Both the position numbers and the translations under genes were made by a program. The notes under the pieces were generated by a model. The model was not told the origin of the DNA. It searched no databases and worked only from the letters and a program-made list of their open reading frames with translations. DNA of 64,000 bases from Psilocybe cubensis (Eukaryota): the NCBI GenBank assembly GCA_017499595.2, contig CM039001.1, positions 2,852,001-2,916,000 on the forward strand, read 5' to 3'. Position 1 is the first letter of the stretch, and every line of letters starts with the position of its first letter. Shown here piece by piece: positions 52,391 to 64,000 of the stretch.

Positions 52391-55300
52391 ATGTCTTCTT
52401 CTTCCTCTCTTTCTACCTTCCCTGAAAAGATCTACATCCTCAACCATAATCCTAAAACCTCTACCCATTTGTCTGTCATCTTAAAGACAATGGACACAGA
52501 AAAAAGGTTATCTGTTGATGCTTTGCTTGATTCTGGAGCTACTGGCCTCTTTCTGCATTCTGGTTTTGTGAAGTATCATAATCTCAACACAAGAAAACTT
52601 CCTAGAGCCATTCCAGTCTATAATGTTGATGGTATTCTCAATAAGAGTGGCTCTATCCATGAGGAAGTAGACTTAATTATGGTACACAAGAACCATACAG
52701 AAAGGGCCACCTTTGCTATTTGTGACTTGGGAGACAAATCTGCTATCATTGGACATACTTGGCTTTGGCACCATAATCCAGATGTTGATTGGAAGACAGG
52801 TGATGTTCAGTTCATTAGATGTGCCTCTGACTGCCAAATGGAAGCCAAAAGAGCCAGAAGAAAGAGGCAGAGAATAGCTGCAGTCAAAAGGAGGAAACTC
52901 CCTCAATTTGATGAAGAAGGAGATGATTCTATTGAAGATTCTTCTGATTTTGAGATTGAGCTTGAGGACAGAATTTTTATCTCATATCTTCATCCTCAGA
53001 AGCAGTCTATTAATGCTACTTCTACTATGTCTCAAAGATTAGCAGAAGAGTCTCATTAGCAAGCTGATTCTCCTAAGAAAACCTTTGAAGAAACTGTTCC
53101 TAAGCACTATCATCAGTTTAAAGGTGTTTTTTCAAAGGAATCTTTTGATAGGCTACCAGACAGAAAGCCTTGGGATCATGCTATTGAGCTGAAACCTGGT
53201 TCTAAACCTTACAGATCCAAGATTTATTCTCTTTCTCCCAATGAACAAAAGGAACTTAATGCCTTTTTAAAGAAAAATCTGAAATCTGGCAGGATTAGAC
53301 TCTCCAAGTCACCTATGGCCTTTCCTGTATTCTTTGTCAAGAAGAAAGATGGATCTCTTAGGCTTGTCCAGGACTATAGGAAACTGAATGAAATGACCAT
53401 CAAGAACTCCTACCCCCTTCCATTGATTTCTGACATTATCACCAAACTCAGCAAAGCCAAATACTTCACCAAACTTGATGTTAGGTGGGGATTTAACAAT
53501 GTCAGAATCAAAAAGGGAGATGAATGGAAAGCAGCCTTTAGAACCAATAGAGGGCTGTTTGAACCATTGGTCATGTTCTTTGGTTTAACCAATAGTCCTG
53601 CTACCTTCCAAACTATGATGAATGATATCTTTATTGAGCTCATTGATGGAAATGTTGTCATTGTCTACATGGATGATATTTTAATTTTTACTGAGACTCT
53701 TGATTATCATAGAGAGGTAGTCAAGCAAGTTCTGCAAATCCTAGAACAGAACAAACTCTACCTTAAAGCAGAGAAATGTGAATTTGAAAAGGAAAAGATT
53801 GAATATCTTGGACTAATCATTTCACAAGGCAGGATTGAGATGGATCCTGTCAAGGTAGAGGGAGTTTCTAAATGGCCTGAACCTGAAAATGTCAAGGATG
53901 TCCAATCATTCTTGGGATTTGTTAATTTTTATAGAAGGTTCATAGAGGATTTTGCAGACATTGCTAAGCCCCTTCATGAATTGACAAAGAAAGGAACAGT
54001 CTGGAGATGGAGTCTTAGACAGCAGGAAGCCTTTGACCAATTAAAGAAGAAAGTCACTTCTTCACCTGTCTTGATTTTCCCTGATGATAACAAGCCATAT
54101 AAAATTGAAGCAGACAGTTCAGATTATGCTACTGGGGCTGTTTTATCTCAGGAAGGATCAGATGGGAAATGACATCCTGTAGCCTTTATGTCTAAGAGTC
54201 TATCTGAAGTAGAAAGGAATTATGAGATCCATGACAAAGAGATGCTGGCTATTATCAGAGCACTAGATGAATGGAGACATTATCTTGAAGGAACCCAACA
54301 TTTCTTTGAGATTTGGACAGACCACAAAAACTTAGAATACTTTATGGTTGCCCAAAAGCTTAGCAGAAGGCAAGCCAGATGGTCACTCTTCCTGTCCAGA
54401 TTTGATTTTACTCTTCATCATAGGCCTGGTAAAAGATCTCTTAAGCCAGATGCTTTGTCTAGGAGACCAGATCATAAAAAGGGGGAGAATGATAACCAAA
54501 ATGTAGTTCTCCTCAAACCTTCCTACTTTAAAATCCAGGCTCTCAAGCAGGGTCATGCTACCATTACTGGTGCAGAAAATGATCTTCTTAAAAAGATTAG
54601 AGAAGCTAAGGAGATGGATGAAAAGGTGGTCAAAGCAGTTCAGGAGCTTAAGAAATCTTCTACCAAGAAGATTGAAGGACAGGAATGGTCAGAAAAACAA
54701 GGCCTTATTCTCTACAGGGGGAAGGTGTATGTTCCCAAGGACAAAGATCTTAGAAGAAAGATTGTAGAACTGCACCATGATGCCTTCATTGCTGGACATT
54801 CAGGGAAATGGAAGACAATTGAGGTAGTCTCTAGGAATTATTGGTGGCCAGGAATGTCACATTTTATTGCAGCCTATACCAGAGGTTGTAATAGATGCAA
54901 CAGAACCAAAACCTTTCCAGCCAAACCTCTTGGCCTTTTAATTCCTACTGAGATTCTCTCTGATGTCTGGCAATGCATCTCTGTGGACTTTATTATGGAG
55001 TTACCAGAATGTCAAGGGTATAATGCCATTATGGTGGTTGTGGATAGACTTAGTAAAATGATCCACATTATCCCTACTACAGATGAAATCACTTCTGAAG
55101 GGACAGCCAGACTATACAGAGATTATGTCTGGAAACACCATGGCTTACCTATTAAAATTCTGTGTGATAGAGGTACACAGTTTGTCTCAAGGTTTATGAA
55201 AGAACTCAACTCAATACTTGGTATCTAGACAGCCTCATTTACAGCCTACCATCCCCAAACTGATGGTCAGACTGAAAGAGTTAACCAAGAAATTGAGCAG

Positions 55301-56164
55301 TATCTTAGACTCTTTATAAACCATAGACAAGATGATTGGGTTGAATGGTTAGCTCTAGCTGAATTCTCTTATAACAATAGAGTTCAGGCTTCAACCAGAC
55401 AGACACCATTTATGCTCAATAATGGCAGACATCCCAGAATGGGCACTGAACTCCTTAAAGATAGTAAAATGGACACTGAGGATACCTTTGTGAAAAATAT
55501 GGAAAAAGCTAGAAAAGAAGCAAAGTCTGCACTTAGAAAAGCTACTAATGATATGGCTAAATTCTATAATAGACACAGAGGTACTCCAACTCAGTACAAA
55601 GTTGGGGATTTGGTATGGTTGGATGGCAAGGACCTCAAAACTAATAAGCCCTCCAAGAAATTGGATGATAAAAGATATGGGCCTTACAAAATTACCAAAG
55701 TTATTAGCCCTAATGCCTATGAGCTTAAGCTGCCATCTACCATGAAAATCCATCCAGTGTTTAATGTGGTTAAACTTTTACCTTATCACCCAGATATTGT
55801 AGGAAGAAAGCCTCCTTCTAGACCACCTCCTGTCATTCAAGGAGAAAATCCTGAGTGGGAAGTTGAATTTATCAAGGACAGCAGACTTTTTAGAAACAAA
55901 CTTCAATATTTGGTCAAGTGGAAGAACTATCCTAATGAAGAATGCACTTGGGAGCCTGCAGAGCATTTGAAAAATGCTTCTAAGGCTATCAAAAACTTCC
56001 ATGCCAAACACCCTTCAGCACCTAGAAGGATTTCTGCTGTGACCTTTGATAGACTTTCTTTCACTCCTATTATTAACTTTACTGAACCTCCTCCTCTTCT
56101 TAAACCCTCTAAACTAACCCATCCATGTGCACATTGTGGAAAATGTGCCTTAGAGAGGGTGTGA
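52391..56164 (+). pseudogene. pol: Gypsy B pol (PR-RT-RNase H-integrase-chromodomain)
   Basis: LLDSGA, YMDD, TDHKNL, VVVDRLSK, YGPY and WEVEFIKDSR..LQYLVKWKNY..CTWEP. One reading frame with stops at 53057, 54170 and 55226. Confidence 0.95.
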
Positions 56165-56875
56165 TGTCAGGGTTTTTCCAGTTTCCCCTCTTTATTTTCA
56201 CAGAATTATCTTATCCTTTCATTATCTTATCAATTATCTAATTAGATAGTTTATTTCTTTCATCACAGCCTTCTTGCTCTACTTTTTTCTAGTAAATTCT
56301 ATATAATTCCTAGTCTTACTCATCCTTTTTCTATATGATGTTATTTTTATTCTTTAACCTTCCTTTATGATGTAATGTAGAGAATATTCTAGAATAGCTG
56401 TAGAGTATAAATACTGGACTTGTAGGTAGCTGTAGCTTCAGCTTCAATCTCTTAGGATATCCACTATCATTGGTGTGATCTCTTAGAATCATTGAGTCGA
56501 CACTGAGTGGAACTATGAAATCCATGACTGCGAGCTACTTTCAATTATGCGCTCACTCTCAGATTGGCAGCAATACCTCCATGGCTGCGACACACCCGTG
56601 GAGATTCATAGTGACCATAAAAATCTTCAGTACTTCATGACCGCGCAAAAGCTAAACTGTCGACAAGCCCGTTGGTCCCTTGAATTAGCTGAGTTCAACT
56701 TTGTTTTAATCCACAAACCAGGCTCATTAATGGTTTGTGCAGATGCCCTGTCCCAAAAGCCAGATTACAATAAAGATAGAAAGAACAATGTCAACATTAC
56801 ACTCATCAAGCCAGAACACATCTGGCGCACATCAGGCCTTGATCTTGCTAACAACAAACTGCTGACTGAGATCAC

Positions 56876-57276
56876 TGTCAGGGCAACACTATAATTAGTG
56901 TGACAAGGCCATCAACAAAGATCAAACAAGAGAGAGAGAGAGCAGAGGAAGAGTAAGAGAGCAGAGAGAAAATAAGAGAGTGAGAGAGACTCAATGATTC
57001 CAAGAGATCACATCAATGATAGTGGATATCCTAAGAGATTGAAGCTGAAGCTACAGCTACCTACAAGTCCAGTATTTATACTCTACAGCTATTTTAGAAT
57101 AAAAGTGACATCATAGGATAAGTAAGACTAGGAATCATATAGAATTTACTAGAAAAAAGTGGAGCAAGAAGACTGTGATGAAAGAAATAAACTATCTAAT
57201 CAGATAATTGATAAGATAATGAAAGGATAAGATAATTCTGTGAAGATAAAGAGGAGAAACTAGAAAAACCCTGACA
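56876..57276 (-). repeat. Solo LTR of Gypsy family B
   Basis: Reverse complement of the B LTR with intact TGTCAGGG/CCCTGACA ends. Flanks ATCAC / ATTGC. Confidence 0.94.
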
Positions 57277-58722
57277 ATTGCAAGCTGCAAAAAGCCCTTA
57301 GAGCTTGCCTGGACAAAATACCGTAACCTGCACAGCTGGACTTTTGATAATGGTATTCTGTGCTATTTCAATAGGGTCTTTGTGCTCAATTGTGGCAATT
57401 TCCGTGAGCATATTCTCCATTCCAACCATGGTTCCCCTACTGCTGGTCACCCAGGTTGCTCAAAAACTATTGAGCTTGTACAGCAAGACTTTTGGTGGCC
57501 TTTCTTTTCCAAAGATGCCAAGGCCTATGTTGATAGCTGCCTAACTTGTCAGCAATGCAAGCCTATCCGTCAACAACCCTATGGTCTGCTGACTCCAAAT
57601 AAAATCCCAACTGTACTCTGGAAAATCATTTCTGTTGACATGATTGTAGACCTGCCGCAGTCAAAAGGCTTTGATTCAATCCTCGTTGTTGTTGACCGGC
57701 TCTCCAAGATGGTGAAAATCATGCCCTGCCGGAAGACTCTTACCTCTAACAGTCTGGCACAACTGTTCCGGGACAACATCTGGAAGAATTTTGGCTTGCC
57801 TGCCACATCATCTCCAATAGAGGCTCAGTATTTATTTCTAATTTCATGCATGCACTAAACTCCCTCCTTGGTGTATTAGAAAACTTTTTAACCACCTTCC
57901 AACCACAGATTAACAGCCAAACAGAGTGCATGAACTATAAAATCAAGGAATACCTCAGGATCCCCGGCACAAGATGCAACCATGTTGTGAGTCTGATTCT
58001 AGGGTGCTCCATGCTAATGAATTTGCTTCCAGGTTGGCGGATCTGTGCAAGGATGCTGTGACTGCCCTTGCACTCGCCGCCAACGCCATGAAGCATGGCT
58101 ATGACTACAACCACAAAGAGGCTCCATGGTTTAACCCCGGCAACAACGTACTGCTTGATGCCGCGGATATTAAGACAACACGTCCCATCAAGAAATTCAA
58201 TTCTTGCCATTACGGGCCTTTCAAGATTGTTGAGAGTGTTGGTTTACAGTCTTACAAGCTCAAACTTCCACCTTCCTGGCGCATCCACAACGTCTTCCAT
58301 GTTTCAAAGCTTTCTTTCTTTTGCCCACCTGCCTTCCCCTCTCAGATAAACAACAACCCTGCTACTTCCACTCCACTGGCGCCTACCAAACCTGCCTTCG
58401 CTCAAGTGCTTGACCATTGCTCTTTGCGCAATAATACTCAATTCTTGGTACTCTTCGAGGATTCCCACCCGGACAATTCTATTTGGGACACTCCGCCTAA
58501 TATTCACAACCCCAACAATATCATTTCTACCTACTTGACTGCCAACAATGTTTCCCTGTAACGACACACATATCTTTGTAACTAGTCCTTGTTTTGTATT
58601 TTCTCCTTTGCCTGCGGTAGTTTTTTTCCCCACTGGGGTTTTGATGCACCCGTGTACAGATTTTCTAGCTGTATTTTCCCCTTTGCACCTCCTGAGGGAG
58701 GTGTTTTTTAAGGAGGGGGTGA

Positions 58723-58874
58723 TGTCAGACACCTGACCTTGTACACACTTGTCACGTATCTATGTGTAGAGTAGTACGTGCCCGGCGCCTTTTATTTCTC
58801 AGTCTCTACCTGGTCAATCACTCACATCCGTTGTTTTGCCTGCTGTTCCTTCATCACTGAGTCCTCTCCTGACA
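58723..58874 (+). repeat. Gypsy C 3' LTR (152 bp)
   Basis: Matches 45609..45760, preceded by a PPT and followed by the TSD. Confidence 0.93.
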
Positions 58875-59459
58875 CTTTTTCATTATCTTTTGATTAGATA
58901 TAAGCCTGATTGTTAGATAAGATATTTGCATATCTATATATATTATCTATGTAGTCATTCCTAATATTATGCCATCACATCATGCTATCACATCATGCTA
59001 TCAGATCAGTAACACCATGGCTAATTTATATGCTTTGCTAGCACTGGTTAAGGCACTTTTTGGGGCATTATTGGGCTGTTTTTCTTGGTTTTTTTTTGTA
59101 GTCCTATAGTTTTAAAGTGTTTGAATTTGAATCTGCAATCAGAATTTGAATAACTTTACTTGTTATTGCACAATTAACTGTATAATGTTTTAGCAAAAAA
59201 GTGCACCTTGAATAGCATACTCCAGGGGTTAGTCTGGCCACTTTTAATCATGCCATTATTTTTTATTTATAATAGACGGAGTGCATGCCAAGTTTTAGCT
59301 CAATTGGAGCAGTGGAACCTATTGAACTAGCATATGCATCCTACTTCTCCTCCTACCCCTTGTATGAATATATTACTGATCATATAAATTTAGGCCCAAC
59401 TAGAAAGATCTTGGAGAAATTCCAAGATTAAAGGGTTCTACTCTTCCTCCTCTTCAAAT

Positions 59460-60259
59460 GTTATGGTTGGAGTGGCCGCAGGTGTAAGGTTGACGCACAC
59501 TGTCCCTGGTTCTTCAAAGCTGAGCGCAATAGCAAGCGTGTTGTTATTGTGGACATTAAAAGTGACTTTGGTGTCTCTGTGGTTTCTATCAGCCGCGATA
59601 TTGAGTGTGAGGCCCTTGCAATTGATTGCAAGGGTGAGTTGAAGAGTTTTGGTGTCTACAAAAAATTAAGAAAAATATATACTGTAATCTTTGAAACTGA
59701 CCTGGCTGTTCCATCTTATCCTCAGATATTCATTTTATATATGTTGCTACAGGACAAGCTGACAAGCTTGCGCATTGTCATGGGTTTGGTGGTAGTAGTA
59801 ATGGTTGAAAAAAAGCACGCACCACCATTGTTGACAACTGCAGCGCGCTTTTCCACGTCTTTTTTGGTCATTATTATCAACGATGAGCTTGATATTAACA
59901 AATTTTGAACAGATTAATGTATTTATTACATGTATATATAAAGAAATATAATGCTTACCGTGATTGGAACTTTATTTGGGCGATCATATGTTATATTTAA
60001 CACACACGCCGGGCCAAGACATACGGCCTCCATGTCAACCAGTTATATAATGGCCAGTCAACCGGACTTGTTGTAAACATACAAAAATTTTTACTTGAAT
60101 TTGCAGGGTAGAACAAATAATTGTTTGGATATTTTAAAGCTAATAAAAATATTGCTTGACATTGTAAAGCAGGCCCTGAAAATTGGGTGGATTTGTAAGA
60201 CTAAAAATTTATTGTATTGGATTACATTGCATTGTAATCTACTATCTGTTTAGTTGATG
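59460..60259. mobile_element. Right end of a second G-family TIR element
   Basis: 60170..60259 aligns with 40997..41086 and ends TGATG. No left end found; the left boundary is approximate. Confidence 0.6.
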
Positions 60260-62138
60260 TGAAAATTCAAACATTGTTGGTTTGAAATGGTTTTCCACAT
60301 GAAAAAAGACATCACAGGCAACATTGTACAATACAAAGCATGTTTTGTCACACAAGGCTTTTTGCAGGTGCTGGGTATTGACTACTATGACATGTTTGCA
60401 TCCATGTCGTGTCTTGCTTCAATCCAGGCAGTACTTGCTATTACTGCCGTCAGCAACTACAAAATCCAACAGATCAACATAAAAGATGCTTATCTAAATG
60501 GTGTCCTCAAACCCAACAAGGTCATTTACATATGACAAGCACCTGGTTACACTGCATAACCTCATCATCCTCTATCCCAGTCTACCATCTTTAAAAAGTG
60601 TTATGCAGCCTCAAACAGGTGGGTTGGCATTGGTACAAATGACTTGTCAAGATAATAGTCAAGCACCTTGGCTTCTCAAGGTGCGCAGTTGATCAGGCAG
60701 TGTTTGTAAGGAAGGAAGGGTGGGGTGCCTAGTCATTGTGTTGGTGCATATTAATGATTGCACAATTGTGGCAATGCAGGCTGAGCTCATAGCTAAGTTC
60801 AAAGTTTTAATTAGTAAGTACATTGATATTATGGATATAGGTAAGTAATATTCACTGGCTCTTGGGCATTGAAATCATCTGCAATCATGCTGCATATCAC
60901 ATCTTTCTCTCCCAGTGCTCCTACATTGACTTAATTATCCATTGTTATGATCTTTAAGACTTCAAACACATTTTGCTGCCTATAAATCCAAATGCACAGC
61001 TTATATTAGCTTAATCTCTCACCATCACTACTCAGTTTGCAAAAATGTGCAATATCCCATATCACAAAGCTGTTGGATTGTTAATGTATGCATTGCTTGG
61101 TACACGTCTCAACATCATGTATGCTGTCCAGACCATTTTGCATTTCTTAACAAATGCTGGCCAGGCTTATTGGAAAGCCATTAAGCAAATTTTTTTCTAC
61201 TTAAACGGTATAAAGGATTTCTGGCTATCATACAACAAACAGCAGAGGAAATTTAGCAGGGTATGTGGATGCGGATAGGAGCATGGCTAAGGATTGGCAT
61301 GCTATTGGTGAGTACACTTTTATTTTTTCATGGTGGCACAATCTCCTGGTTGGTAAAGCAAAAGGAGATTATATCTCTTTTGACAACTGAATTTGAGTAC
61401 ATTGCAATTACTCATATAGCAAAGAAAGGCTTTTGGCTGTAATTACTTTTCAAGGACCTCTTCCCATCAGATCTCAACACTACAGTTCTATTTTCTGACA
61501 ACCAATCTGCTATTACACTTATAAAAGATTACCAGTACCACACTTGCACAAAACACATTAATATTTGGTTTCATTTTATTTGCTAGATTGTTGAAAATGG
61601 CTTAATTTGACTTATTTATTGTCCGATCAATGACATGATTGCCAACACACTCACAAAAGCACTTCTTTTCCCAAAAAACAAGCATTTTGTGGCTGAGCTT
61701 GGGCTTGTATCCATTTGAGGGGGAGTGTAAGATATTCAATAAGCAAATGCATCAAGTGCACTTGGCGCACAATAACCCTGCCTAGGGCATTTACAAAGTG
61801 TCACAAGTATGCACATTTGTTATCTGTAATATAGTTTTTTATTCTGCTCATTTTTTGGCACTTTTATCACTATCCCTTTTTTATTCCTTTGCAATTCTAC
61901 TGCATTTACTCCGTATTATATACTTGCTATTATCTATGTATAGTAGTTAATGCATGCATATAAAATGTATGCCTTTATCTCCTTCAAAACCTCAGTTGTT
62001 CTACATGAATAATGACTGAGGTAAGATTTTTTTTACTTATTGTTCACTTTTTTACTTACATATTTGTATCAGCTTGTTACTAGTTTTTTTACATCATTGG
62101 CTATGGTTACTGTTTAACCTTGCATTCCTATATCAACA
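60260..62138 (+). mobile_element. Copia family H, decayed 3' part (RT-RNase H-PPT-3' LTR)
   Basis: QYKACFVTQGF, IKDAYLNG, PYHKAVGLLMY and the RNase H end TLTKAL. PPT GAGGGGGAG, then LTR start TGTAAG at 61726. LTR end (TCAACA, 62138) is tentative. Confidence 0.85.
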
Positions 62139-62919
62139 ATTTGCCTTTCAAATATTTGAGGATTTTTGAAGAATCCTTGGAGGGCATATGTAGCAATTTG
62201 AACAGATTGTGACTATTTTATTTTATTGTTTCTTTAGTTTTTAACTCATTCTAGACATGACACTTTGATTACTTTATCTTTGTCATTATCATTTTCCTCT
62301 TACACTTTTCCACCTTAATATGTATCTACATCACTATGACCTTAAATTCCAAGTATTACTCCAGTACTCCAAAGTGTTTAGTATATATAAGTAGCTGTAA
62401 AAGTGTACCTAGGAGAGACAACTTGAAATACAAACCCAAACATTTACGCTGTCTGGTTATCCACTTCCCTCTTACCTCTTATAATCATATCTTATCCCAT
62501 GTGGCTGTACTTAGATTAATAAGCGTATCTGTATAAATTAGTCTGATTACTGTCATACTTCAACAACACATCAGTAGAGACATCTGAGAGCAGTGTAACA
62601 AAAAAATGACAAGTCTGCATCTTTACTAATGCAAATGCATCAGTTCTTCAAGAATAGATCCTTGTAGTGGTTTTTTGAGACCAAATGGATTACTGTGTCT
62701 GCATGTTTGCTGGACATCTGCTGGACAAACTCACATGACTACCTTGTCACATTGCATTTCAATATACATTGTGCGTGCTCTTGCGTGCTTTGTATATATA
62801 CTCAATAATCCTAAAAACAACCCAATTCTAAACTACCTAATCCCAACCCTAGACTACCTAATCTAACTAACTAATTAATCCAACCCTAAAAAATAAAACA
62901 AACTGCTAAAATATGGAAA

Positions 62920-63376
62920 GCACTGGAGTGGTAAGATTGAAACTAATAATAATTCCATTACTGCAGTGGTATAAGTTATGTAGACAATTTTACCACTTCA
63001 GTAGTACAAATCATATATACTGTTCTAGCACTTGAGTAATATAAGATACATTCAAAATGTTACTACTCCAGTGGTGTAGAAATTATAAAAGTAGTAACAA
63101 TTACTATTCTTAGCATTGTATTTCTTCTATCTGACATACTACTATAATCACTGCAGTAGTAGAATACAATAAGTCAATTTTAGCACTAAAGTGGTAAACT
63201 CCAATATATTAATTTTACCACTTTAGTACTGAGATTAACTTGCTATATTCTACCACTGAAGTGATCATATTTACATGCTATACTTGATTACTGGAGTGAT
63301 CAAATTTACATATCGGATTTGACCACTTCAGTGGTGAACCGGTAAAATCTAACATGTCAATTTTACTACCACGGTG
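62920..63376. repeat. Cluster of short palindromic repeats, consensus (TA)CCACT-NN-AGTGG(TA)
   Basis: About a dozen degenerate copies, e.g. TTACTGCAGTGGTA, TACCACTTCAGTAGTA, CACTAAAGTGGTA, ACCACTTCAGTGGT. Confidence 0.65.
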
Positions 63377-64000
63377 GTCACATGGGTCACGTGCTGTCCG
63401 CCAGACACTCCATCCGGCAGATATTATGATTATCTAGTAAACTCGCTAGCCAGTCACGTCTAAGCCACTCACGTCTAAGCCACTCTTCCTGATTTCAAAT
63501 TGTTTGCCTCTTGTTGTGGCATTGTTTTGACTGCAAACATCAGGTGGACGTTGAATTTGAGAGTGGCTCAGACTGACTGGGCTAAACAAAGACCATTTGA
63601 CAGAACCCCCCCAGCGTGATGCTGACTTAGAAATATTTTGCATTGCGTCCTCAATGGACACTTCACCACCACAAAAAAAAAGTTCCCTCAGAGCACTATT
63701 CTAATAGCTTAGTTTGTCTCAAAAATGCAATTAGGATAGGTCATGAAAAAAAAAATTTTTTAGAAAAAATAGAAAATCATGTACTATAGGCTATCTACTT
63801 GACTCAGAAGACAAGTTTGAAGGATTTTGTTGGATAGGTAGCTGTGAAAATGACAGTGATTGTGTAAAATTGTTGGGTAGGTGTGGTGTAAGACTGGAAG
63901 TTGATTGAAAAGCATTGGGTCCCGGGCCTGATAGTGGAGAAATAAAAGATTGGAGATTGTAGATGCCAGCTCCATAATTTATTGGAAACAAATGATGGCT

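Larger units (their letters stand above)
50282..56498 (+). mobile_element. Gypsy chromovirus family B, near full length (3' LTR truncated)
   Basis: 5' LTR 50282..50689, purine tract, then 3' LTR 56165..56498. Inserted in the RNase H of element C. Confidence 0.96.
45609..58874 (+). mobile_element. Gypsy chromovirus family C, decayed, carrying three nested insertions
   Basis: 152-bp LTRs, TSD CTTTT (45604-45608, 58875-58879), PPT AAGGAGGGGG before the 3' LTR. RT (YINDIL), RNase H (SDHKNL), integrase (GHPG, VVVDRLSK) and a degenerate chromodomain. Confidence 0.93.
45401..59455. mobile_element. Diverged relative (F') of the foldback element arm, split by Gypsy C (pieces 45401..45608 and 58880..59455)
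   Basis: Starts TACCTACCA like element F. 59030..59450 is colinear with 46780..47245. The Gypsy C TSD joins the two pieces. Confidence 0.7.

Noticed and set aside
60260-61720. Copia H as the continuation of Copia E
   Set aside because: H restarts at the RT N-terminus, which E already contains, so they are separate elements.
62810-62890. CCCTAA-like low-complexity tract
   Set aside because: Irregular, with no true tandem telomeric repeat.
62920-63376. Palindromic repeats as a CRISPR array
   Set aside because: Short, degenerate and irregularly spaced, in a eukaryotic transposon context with no cas genes.

Overview
Gene-free, transposon-saturated eukaryotic DNA, most likely heterochromatin of a basidiomycete fungus (Copia, chromoviral Gypsy and Plavaka elements). 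No intact host gene is recognisable. The centrepiece is an 18.8-kb head-to-tail array of one Copia family (family A, 12808..31614, minus strand). It has five 378-bp LTRs and four internal regions, is flanked by a single 5-bp TSD (CTTTG), and sits antisense inside another copy of the same family. Three units are apparently identical 4484-bp repeats lacking RNase H and the PPT, with an LTR start fused directly into pol, the geometry of an autointegration circle. All four units are coding-dead. The right half is a four-level nest. It holds two Gypsy chromoviruses with Tf1-type self-priming signatures (one apparently CpG-free), a foldback-like element with 1.05-kb inverted arms, CACTA-like TIR elements with gene-like cargo, solo LTRs and decayed Copias. 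A Plavaka transposase relic lies next to the nest. All coordinates and comparisons were made by eye.
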